From NCBI GenBank assembly GCA_037975865.1, contig JBANFU010000127.1, forward strand, positions 1-32,814: a DNA stretch of 32,814 nucleotides, in the 5' to 3' direction. Below, one piece after another: positions 9,901 to 17,622 of the stretch (within the stretch, counting starts at the first letter, position 1; every line of letters begins with the position of its first letter). The notes under the pieces were generated by a model that was given only the letters and a program-made list of their open reading frames with translations, did not search any database and was not told where the DNA came from. A program made the translations under genes and the position numbers. The stretch comes from Bacteroidota bacterium (GTDB taxonomy: Bacteria > Bacteroidota > Bacteroidia > NS11-12g > UBA955).

Positions 9901-12609
9901 TTAATAGGTAATCCGAATACCGGTGGTAAAACGCAACCCCGGTGAAATAAAGACTTCCAAATTCTTGGGGTTGAATGTATTGATGGGATTGCCATCCACA
10001 TTGCGATGCTGTCCGTCTGAGATGTAAATGTTGTTCGTTACGTTGTTCACCATGCCGTAAATCTGCACCTTCATGCCGCCCTTCATGGTCCACTTATAAC
10101 CACCCGTCAAATTCATGTACCAGTAACTCGGTAATCGGAACGATTCCTGTCCTTTGTATTTTCCTGTCAAAGCCGTAGGATCAAAATCCGCATAGTGCTT
10201 GGCAAAATGGATGTACTGGGCAGTGAAATAAGCCCCCTTCAAATACGTGGGCTCCCAACGCATCAAAATCGCCACCTGTTTTTGTGCCGCATCGCCCACA
10301 TGAACCCCCGTCGCATCAAAATCTACCTTGGCAATGCTGTCGCCCAAATCGTTGCGAACAATCACCTCCGAACCCGAATTCCAAATCCAATCGCCCAAAC
10401 TCAAACTACCCTCCAAGGTGATACCGTCGCCCGCCCGAAACGAAGACTGCAATTCTGCCCCCATATGCCTTGCACCCAAGCCATTGATGTTGAAACTGTA
10501 GTTGTTGCCGTCCAAATCGGTGAAGGTCGACAAGAAATCCACCGGTTTGTTCATCCAAAGAGTATAGTATGCATTGAAGTTTAAAGCCAATCGCTTCGAT
10601 TTGTAGCCCGAGCCACCCTCCACCGCCATCACCCGCTCATTGCGGATGTCGCGCACCTGCACATTGCGGTTGTCAAATACATTGCTAAATCGGGTGGGAC
10701 GGTTCAAATAACCCACGTTGCCAAACACGTTCAATTTCCGACTGATGTTGTGATTCACCCCCGTCTTCAACGTGAAACCCTTGCGCTGTACCCAAGCCGT
10801 TTTCTGTCCGTACTGACTGTCTAAGTTCAACTTGAAATAATCGATCCGTTGCAACCAAGTGTTCGAAACACTCGCATTCACAAAAGCCGTTGTCCGATTT
10901 TTGCTGTATTCCAACTCCCCAAACATCCCCGCCCATCGCACCAAACCATCGTTGTTATAACCAAAAATATCGCCACTGCGGTACATGTGCTTGGCATCGA
11001 AAGCGGGATTCTTTTCGGACTGACTGGGGATGAAATAATCTCCGCCCAACAAGTTATAACCCTCGCGGTAATGCCTTCCGCGGTATGTGCGCAAATCAAT
11101 GCCACCGGTGAACGACCACAAATTACTCAACTTGTGCTGGGTGGTATTCAACAAACCGTACCAATTGTGGTTATTCACAGCACGCTGCAAAATCCCCGCC
11201 GATTTGTTCTCCGTCAGAGAATATTTGGGGTCTACCGGCGTAGTGAAATCACTGCCCGATGAGTTCAAGAAATAGATTCCTTGAAAATCGTACTGACCAT
11301 AATTCTGCGGCAACTGTGGGATTTTCAACGTGCTGTTGGAACTTACCCCGCCGCCACGACCGTAAGACGCATATGCGGTTGTGGTAATCAACGTCTTCTT
11401 CGACAAAGCCCAGTCGTGCTTCACGTAAAACTGCGGTTTGTGGAACATGTTCTCCCGCTCGTTCAAAGCGTAACGGCGCGACCACATCGTATCTGTTTTG
11501 TCCGCACTTACCTTGGCCTCATTCAAATAGCCCCAATGTTGGTTATAGCGATTGCCTTGATTATAAGCCATGCGCGGCAACACGGTGTCAATGCCCAACT
11601 CCTGCGCCATCGCCCTGTCGTACATCGAAAGTCGAGCCCGAAAACTGCGCTGACCATGGCTCTGTGGTGCTCCAACACCCACAAAACTGAGGGTGTGCGA
11701 TCCATGTGACTTGGTCTTCCACTGTTTTTCAGCCTTACCAAAATAGGCATACATGTCATCGTATAGATAATCAACGTATCCGGCACTCTGCCGCTTGGTA
11801 ACACTCAACAAAAAACCCCAACCACCCTTGAGGCGACCGCTGTTGTAATTCATCGAGAACTGCTCGTATTTGCTGTCGCCCATTTCCACACTGGCTTCCA
11901 AACGTGCCTGCTGTGAAATGCCTTTGGTGATGATATTCATGGTTCCTCCTACCGCGGGGTTGGCGATGCGCGATGATCCGAGACCTCGCTGAACTTGGGT
12001 CAGAGCAGTTACCCCGCCCAATCCAAACCAGTTGCTCCAGTACACCTGACCGTTTTCCATGTCGTTCACGGGAATACCATCTACCATCACGGCTATGTTG
12101 CGCTGACTGAATCCCCGAATGCTGATGCGCGCATCACCGGCACCTCCCCCTTGATTGGTGGCGTAGACGCCCGGTGTTTGGTTCAGCAGCAAGGGCAAAT
12201 CCGTACTACCCAATCGCTCAGCAATGTCTTTCCCTGTAAAATTGGAATAGGCCACCGGCGTTTTTCGATCTTTCGCCACACTGGCCGTAATTTGAACCGC
12301 CTGCATGGCCGCACTTTGATTGTCGAGCCGAAAATTGACATCCGTAATCAAATTGCGATCAGCCTGTATCAACACAGTATCGTTATCAAAACCCTCCAAC
12401 TGCGCCACAAGCACATACTCACCCATGGGCAAAACCAAGGTGTAACTACCATCTCTTCCTGAAAGGGCCGACTGATTTCGGGTGCTTATTTTGGCGCCCT
12501 CAAGTAATTCACCACTGATGGCGTCAACCACCTTACCTTTCACAGTGACCTGGGCTTTTGCCGTCAAAGACAACGTCAGACCCAAAACCAACAGGATGAT
12601 GCTGCGCAT
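9901..12609 (-). CDS. TonB-dependent outer-membrane receptor (non-SusC type)
   Basis: Signal peptide, CarboxypepD_reg-like N-domain (VKGKVVDAISGELLEGA), plug domain (TPGVY, ISIRGF, VMVDGIP, QVQRGLGSS), beta-barrel, and C-terminal aromatic residue (GIRITY). Confidence 0.93.
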   Translation of the reverse strand: MRSIILLVLGLTLSLTAKAQVTVKGKVVDAISGELLEGAKISTRNQSALSGRDGSYTLVLPMGEYVLVAQLEGFDNDTVLIQADRNLITDVNFRLDNQSAAMQAVQITASVAKDRKTPVAYSNFTGKDIAERLGSTDLPLLLNQTPGVYATNQGGGAGDARISIRGFSQRNIAVMVDGIPVNDMENGQVYWSNWFGLGGVTALTQVQRGLGSSRIANPAVGGTMNIITKGISQQARLEASVEMGDSKYEQFSMNYNSGRLKGGWGFLLSVTKRQSAGYVDYLYDDMYAYFGKAEKQWKTKSHGSHTLSFVGVGAPQSHGQRSFRARLSMYDRAMAQELGIDTVLPRMAYNQGNRYNQHWGYLNEAKVSADKTDTMWSRRYALNERENMFHKPQFYVKHDWALSKKTLITTTAYASYGRGGGVSSNSTLKIPQLPQNYGQYDFQGIYFLNSSGSDFTTPVDPKYSLTENKSAGILQRAVNNHNWYGLLNTTQHKLSNLWSFTGGIDLRTYRGRHYREGYNLLGGDYFIPSQSEKNPAFDAKHMYRSGDIFGYNNDGLVRWAGMFGELEYSKNRTTAFVNASVSNTWLQRIDYFKLNLDSQYGQKTAWVQRKGFTLKTGVNHNISRKLNVFGNVGYLNRPTRFSNVFDNRNVQVRDIRNERVMAVEGGSGYKSKRLALNFNAYYTLWMNKPVDFLSTFTDLDGNNYSFNINGLGARHMGAELQSSFRAGDGITLEGSLSLGDWIWNSGSEVIVRNDLGDSIAKVDFDATGVHVGDAAQKQVAILMRWEPTYLKGAYFTAQYIHFAKHYADFDPTALTGKYKGQESFRLPSYWYMNLTGGYKWTMKGGMKVQIYGMVNNVTNNIYISDGQHRNVDGNPINTFNPKNLEVFISPGLRFTTGIRITY

Positions 12610-13556
12610 TATTTGATCAATTTTGCCGAAGCCTTAGCGCCTTTTTGGCCGATAAACTCCAAAGTGTAAACCCCTGCAGGCAAATGAGCTACATGCAGTG
12701 CATACTGCGACATGTCGTCCATTCCCACATGGTCATAGGTTACCGAAACACGCTGACCGGCAGCATTCAAACAAATCAATTGAGAAAGTTCAAATGGCAA
12801 GAAAACAGCAGCCGAGGTAACTGCGGGGTTTGGATAAACCGCCACCTGAGAAATTACAGGCGTTTTCACAGCAGCTGAAGGACCTTGGGTACACAAGCAC
12901 GTGTGAAAGCCCAAAGAATCAAACATATCACGGGGATTCAAAACCCACTCCAATTTGGGATTGAATTCCAACGGATTTTTGGCAACACCCGTCATTACGC
13001 TGTCTTTACGAATCAACGTTTTGTCTAGCGTGTACCATGTACCTGTACCCGTGTATGGGGGTTTGTCGCTCCAAGCCGGACTCGGGCGTTCGCCAATTTT
13101 TCCAAAAATATCAACGGGCACCCATTTTCCGGTGGCATCATTGTATTTGTCCAACGACATGGCATCATCTCCGTTAAAACTCATGCTAAAACTGGTGTTG
13201 TAGTCCTTACTCAAAAACAAATCCGCCTTCAAACGCAAAGACAGAACAACGGGCGTGTCCTGCCCGATTTTCGTAGTATCCGTGCGATCGATCACCAATA
13301 CAGCAACATCTTTAGGTTGTAATGTGCCAGAGAGGATGTCCGACATCTGAGCCGTCCAAGCAGCAGAACCATTCTGCCAACGGGTTACGCGGTATTTGCT
13401 TAAATCTACAGCATTGCTGGTTGGATTATAAATTTCCAACGCTTTGTTGTTACGTGAACCCTCTACATATTCTGAAATGAATAGTTCATTGCACTGCGCT
13501 TTGGCTTGGAAAATGCCCATCAAGGCGATGCAAAAAATGCCAATCGTTTTCTTCAT
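12609..13556 (-). CDS. T9SS-secreted lamin-tail-domain (LTD) protein with no recognisable catalytic domain
   Basis: Signal peptide MKKTIG...AKAQ. LTD motifs ELFISEYVEGSRNNKALEIYNPT and SFNGDDA, like the N-terminus of ExeM/NucH nucleases. Type-A CTD VYPNP...LPAGVYTL...KLIK. Start reassigned to the ATG at 13556. Confidence 0.85.
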   Translation of the reverse strand: MKKTIGIFCIALMGIFQAKAQCNELFISEYVEGSRNNKALEIYNPTSNAVDLSKYRVTRWQNGSAAWTAQMSDILSGTLQPKDVAVLVIDRTDTTKIGQDTPVVLSLRLKADLFLSKDYNTSFSMSFNGDDAMSLDKYNDATGKWVPVDIFGKIGERPSPAWSDKPPYTGTGTWYTLDKTLIRKDSVMTGVAKNPLEFNPKLEWVLNPRDMFDSLGFHTCLCTQGPSAAVKTPVISQVAVYPNPAVTSAAVFLPFELSQLICLNAAGQRVSVTYDHVGMDDMSQYALHVAHLPAGVYTLEFIGQKGAKASAKLIK

Positions 13557-13649
13557 GATGCAAAAATCACAAAAAAGAGGCAAAAACAGTTGTTTTTAGC
13601 AATAAATAAACGACAAATTAGCCAGTGAATCCGCAATTTTGTAACCCAT
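13557..13649. promoter_or_regulatory. Divergent promoter region of the nuclease/nucleotidase locus
   Basis: Near-consensus Bacteroidota -7 boxes on each strand: GATTTTTG (minus, 13561-13568) and CAATTTTG (plus, 13634-13641). Inverted repeat AAAAACA-GT-TGTTTTT at 13582-13597. Confidence 0.5.
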
Positions 13650-14528
13650 ATGGTCACTCGCCTCAATCAAAAGACTGTCAGTGTTCCCAGCAGCCTCAAT
13701 TCGTTGGCTTGGATTGGTAGTATCTTATTGATTTTCAGCAGTTGTTTTTCCGCGCAAACCACGAACAGCATCCGTCCCAGTTTCCAAGTGGTGCAAAACC
13801 AAGCGGTGTTAGATTCCTTGCCCGATGACAGTGAGAGTTTGGCTCTGATCAGTCCCTATAAAATCAACATGGAAGCGCAGATGTCGGCCTACATCGCCAC
13901 CATCGATTCTCCGTTTTCCAACGCATTTTTTGTAGGCAATTTGGGTCGGTTGGCGGCCGACTACATGTACATCGCGGGCAACAAAATCAGTCAGCAACAG
14001 TTTGGGGTTCCGTGCCACTTTGCCATCAGCAACAATGGCGGTTTCCGAACCGGTCTTTATCCCGGACCTGTAACCATGAAACAATTGTTTGAAGTAATGC
14101 CGTTTGATAATGAACTGGTTTTACTTCAACTTCCCGGAAACTATGTAGACAGCCTTTTCCAATACATCGCCCAACTTCAAGGCACTCCCGCAGCCGGTTT
14201 TTTGATGTCGTACAGCAAAGGAAATTCGCGAAAAGAAAATCGCTATCAGACCCTGAAAATCAATGCTCAGCCCGCCAACAGCATCAAAGAGTTGTTAAGC
14301 CCGCAGTATACTCAATCGTTCGATTCGCGACGTGATTACCTCATTGCCGTGAATTCCTATATGGCCGTGGGGGGCGATGGGTTCACAATGCTCAAACACG
14401 CGAAGCGCATTCACTACACCGGCATCAACTTGCGCAACGTCATTGCTGAACAACTCAGAGCAGAATACGAAACCCATCATTTCATCGATCCTCGAAAAGA
14501 AATTCGCATCTACCATGAGCCTCAATAG
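13650..14528 (+). CDS. 5'-nucleotidase C-terminal (substrate-binding) domain, probable lipoprotein
   Basis: Hydrophobic segment ending in LLIFSSC. 5_nucleotid_C motifs LGRLAAD, NNGGFR, EVMPFDN, YMAVGGDGF. Confidence 0.88.
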   Translation: MVTRLNQKTVSVPSSLNSLAWIGSILLIFSSCFSAQTTNSIRPSFQVVQNQAVLDSLPDDSESLALISPYKINMEAQMSAYIATIDSPFSNAFFVGNLGRLAADYMYIAGNKISQQQFGVPCHFAISNNGGFRTGLYPGPVTMKQLFEVMPFDNELVLLQLPGNYVDSLFQYIAQLQGTPAAGFLMSYSKGNSRKENRYQTLKINAQPANSIKELLSPQYTQSFDSRRDYLIAVNSYMAVGGDGFTMLKHAKRIHYTGINLRNVIAEQLRAEYETHHFIDPRKEIRIYHEPQ

Positions 14529-15414
14529 AAAACAGTTTTTACAACAAATGGCTGTTTTGGCGGCGGCCTCAGCATTACCCCTCGATGCCATGGGCAAAGG
14601 TCTTTTCTATGCCTCGGACGCGGCATACCTCAAAAAACGAGAACCGCTCGATTTGCTCGTTTTACATACCAATGACCTCCACTCTCGAATCGACCCGTTT
14701 CCCGCCAACCACCCCTTGGCCGGAAAAGGTGGAATCGCCAATTTGGCCACGCTGATTCGCGAACACCGTGCCCAACACACCCACATTCTGCTACTCGATT
14801 GCGGTGATGTATTCCAAGGCACCCCCTATTTTAATCTGTTTGGCGGACAAGTGGAATACCAATGGATGCAAAACATGGGCTATCATGCCACCACCATGGG
14901 TAACCACGATTTCGATAACGGCATAGAACACCTGGCCAATATGTTAGAGAAAAATCCGGCCATACCCATGATCAATTGCAATTACAATCTCACGAAAACC
15001 CGCCTCAAAGAATTCGTGAAACCATACAGAGTCTTGGAAATCGGCGGTAAAACCATCGGGATCACCGGCGTAGGCATCAGCCCCGAAAATCTCATTTTGG
15101 AGAGAATGATTCCCGGTTTGGTCTACCAAGATCCCGTTGCCTCCGTGCAAAAAACCGTAGATTATCTCCGAAATCAAGCCCACTGCGATGCCGTTTTTGT
15201 AATTTCTCACTTGGGATATTCTTACGACACAGACAAAATCGACGACCTGAAACTGGCAGCCAAAACCCACGGAATTACTGCCATCGTAGGCGGACATACC
15301 CACACCTTTTTGGAAAAAGCCACCGAAGTAACCAACACAAAAGGACAAACGGTTTTGGTAAATCAGGCGGGTTGGGGTGGATTGATGCTCGGACAACTCC
15401 GGTTTAGCCTTTAA
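14515..15414 (+). CDS. 5'-nucleotidase catalytic (calcineurin-like metallophosphoesterase) domain with a Tat-like signal
   Basis: N-terminus MSLNRKQFLQQMAVLAAA. Metal-binding motifs HTNDLHS, DCGD, GNHDFD, ISHLG, GGHTH. Start reassigned to the ATG at 14515, overlapping the upstream gene by 14 bp. Confidence 0.92.
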   Translation: MSLNRKQFLQQMAVLAAASALPLDAMGKGLFYASDAAYLKKREPLDLLVLHTNDLHSRIDPFPANHPLAGKGGIANLATLIREHRAQHTHILLLDCGDVFQGTPYFNLFGGQVEYQWMQNMGYHATTMGNHDFDNGIEHLANMLEKNPAIPMINCNYNLTKTRLKEFVKPYRVLEIGGKTIGITGVGISPENLILERMIPGLVYQDPVASVQKTVDYLRNQAHCDAVFVISHLGYSYDTDKIDDLKLAAKTHGITAIVGGHTHTFLEKATEVTNTKGQTVLVNQAGWGGLMLGQLRFSL

Positions 15415-15422
15415 TTTGCAGT

Positions 15423-16469
15423 GTGAGTTTAGCAGAAGAAGAAATCCTCGACGAAGGATTATACGAACACTACGCGTTTACCTCGGATCCGGGCCAAGAG
15501 CCCATGCGCGTCGACAAATGGCTGATGCATAAAATTGCCAATGCCAGTCGATCCAAAATCCAGGCAGGCATTGAGTCTGGTGCTGTGGTGGTCAACGACA
15601 AACCCACAAAAAGCAACTATAAAATCAAACCGAACGATCATGTTCGTGTATTGCTGCCCACCGCCCCCAGAGACACCGAGGTTTACCCCGAAAACATCCC
15701 CCTCAACATTGTCTATGAAGACGATGACCTGTTGGTGGTAAACAAAGTGGCTGGCATGGTGGTGCATCCCGGACACAACAACTACTCCGGAACGCTGGTG
15801 AATGCCTTGGTCTATCATTTCGGACAACTGCCCACGAAAGACCAATATCACCGTCCTGGTTTGGTGCACAGAATTGATAAAGATACTTCGGGCTTGTTGG
15901 TTATTGGAAAAACCGATTATGCCCTATCGCACCTGGGAAAACAATTTTTCGACCACAGCATCCACCGCAGGTATTGGGCCTTGGTTTGGGGCGAGCCCAA
16001 GCCCAAAGACGGCACCATACGCAGCTACCTGAACCGAGATCCATCAGACCGTCGCAGATCGCGCTGTTTTGAAACGGAAGAAGAAGGCAAATTGGCCATC
16101 ACCCATTATACCACACTCGAGAATTTTTACTTCGCTTCCCTGGTTCAATGCGAGTTAGAAACCGGCCGAACCCACCAAATTCGCGCCCATTTTTCAAGCA
16201 TCAAACACCCCCTATTTTCAGATGAATTGTATGGCGGATCGGAGATAAAAAAAGGATCCGCCCTGCCCAAATTCAAACCGTTTATTGAAAACTGTTTCGA
16301 CATCATGCCGCGACAAGCATTGCACGCCAAAGAGTTGGGATTCGTTCATCCCACTACCGGCAAAAACATGTTCTTCAGCAGCGAACTGCCCGAAGATTTC
16401 AGTACCGTATTGAATAAAATCAGAAAGTACACCCAAGCGGCTCCAGCGTTGGAGTCGGATGACGAATAA
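15423..16469 (+). CDS. rluD: RluA-family 23S rRNA pseudouridine synthase (RluD)
   Basis: S4 domain (RVDKWL...SRSKIQ), NKVAGMVVHPG, catalytic HRIDKDTSG, ETGRTHQIR, RQALHA. GTG start. Confidence 0.93.
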   Translation: MSLAEEEILDEGLYEHYAFTSDPGQEPMRVDKWLMHKIANASRSKIQAGIESGAVVVNDKPTKSNYKIKPNDHVRVLLPTAPRDTEVYPENIPLNIVYEDDDLLVVNKVAGMVVHPGHNNYSGTLVNALVYHFGQLPTKDQYHRPGLVHRIDKDTSGLLVIGKTDYALSHLGKQFFDHSIHRRYWALVWGEPKPKDGTIRSYLNRDPSDRRRSRCFETEEEGKLAITHYTTLENFYFASLVQCELETGRTHQIRAHFSSIKHPLFSDELYGGSEIKKGSALPKFKPFIENCFDIMPRQALHAKELGFVHPTTGKNMFFSSELPEDFSTVLNKIRKYTQAAPALESDDE

Positions 16470-16470
16470 A

Positions 16471-17547
16471 TTACTCGTATTTCAGTGTGATTTCAGCGCT
16501 GCGGGGAACAGACTGACAGGTGAGCACGTACCCTTCTGCGATTTCAGCATCACTGAGACCTTCGCGCTCCAGCATGTGCATTTTACCGGCCAAGACTTTG
16601 GCGCGACAAGTGGTACAAACCCCTACAGTGCAACTGTATGGAGGATCAATGCCTTGTTTCATCGCAGCATTTAAAATCGTGGTATTTTGATCACAAGTTA
16701 CCGTATGCGTTTTTCCGTAAACCGTTAAGGTTACCTGAGCTACGCCATTGAAATCGGTGCTCTGTGCGGGTTTTTCATCGGCGGCACTTTTGCTTGTAGG
16801 TGCAGCGAAATACTCCGTATTCACCCGGTCATTCGCAATGCCCAATCCACGCAATCCGTCTTTGATCACCTCCATCATGGGTCCAGGACCACAGATAAAG
16901 TACTGGTATTGATCAAATGAACCACCAATTTTTGACTTCACAATGGACTGTACCTTGTCCACATTCAGCATGCCTTTCAAACCAAAATAGGTGATGGGGG
17001 CTGTGTCATAATTGTGATGCACCTTAAAACGACCGTTGCTTGATTTTTCCATGTCGGCCAACACTTGCTTAAAAATCACCGATTCGGGATTTCTGTTGGC
17101 ATAAACCAAGGTGACTTTGCTGTTGGGCTCGTCCGCCAACACAGCCTTGGCGATACCCAAAACAGGCGTAATTCCGCTACCGCCGCCAAAAAGCACATAG
17201 TGTGCCGAACGAGACGATTCTGGCACCACCGTAAATTTACCCATGGGAGGCATCACCGCCATGACATCGCCTTCCTTGATTTCGCTGTTGAGGTAGTTAC
17301 TCATCTTACCACCATCAACGCGTTTCACCGTAACTGCCGGCAAAGCGTCAACACCCGCATAGGTGCACAAGGAATAGGAGCGACGAACTTTTTCTCCCGC
17401 CAATTCTACTTCAAAGGTGAGATACTGTCCGGCCGTATACGCAAATGTATCTTTCAGGTTTTCAGGAACTTCGAAATACAAAGTAGTGGCGTCCGCAGTT
17501 TCACGAACCAATTTCTTTACGGTTAAGGGAAAAAATCCTTCTGTCAT
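16471..17547 (-). CDS. FAD/NAD(P)H oxidoreductase with C-terminal 2Fe-2S ferredoxin (PaaE/KshB-like)
   Basis: RSYSL (FAD), GGSGITP (NAD), FICGPGPM, PYSCTVGVCTTC...LTCQ (2Fe-2S). Start reassigned to the ATG at 17547. Confidence 0.92.
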   Translation of the reverse strand: MTEGFFPLTVKKLVRETADATTLYFEVPENLKDTFAYTAGQYLTFEVELAGEKVRRSYSLCTYAGVDALPAVTVKRVDGGKMSNYLNSEIKEGDVMAVMPPMGKFTVVPESSRSAHYVLFGGGSGITPVLGIAKAVLADEPNSKVTLVYANRNPESVIFKQVLADMEKSSNGRFKVHHNYDTAPITYFGLKGMLNVDKVQSIVKSKIGGSFDQYQYFICGPGPMMEVIKDGLRGLGIANDRVNTEYFAAPTSKSAADEKPAQSTDFNGVAQVTLTVYGKTHTVTCDQNTTILNAAMKQGIDPPYSCTVGVCTTCRAKVLAGKMHMLEREGLSDAEIAEGYVLTCQSVPRSAEITLKYE

Positions 17548-17555
17548 ATTAAGTG

Positions 17556-17563
17556 CAAATTTA
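17556..17563 (-). promoter_or_regulatory. Bacteroidota sigma -7 box
   Basis: TAAATTTG matches TAnnTTTG and lies 8 nt upstream of the reductase ATG. Confidence 0.6.
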
Positions 17564-17622
17564 ACGCTGTTGCTCCGAGAAGAACACAATTAATCACAAT
17601 TGGTTCAGCATTTCGAGGAAAA

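Noticed and set aside
14377-14528. Frameshift joining the two 5'-nucleotidase ORFs
   Set aside because: The domain order is reversed relative to UshA and the second ORF has its own export signal, so these are two genes.
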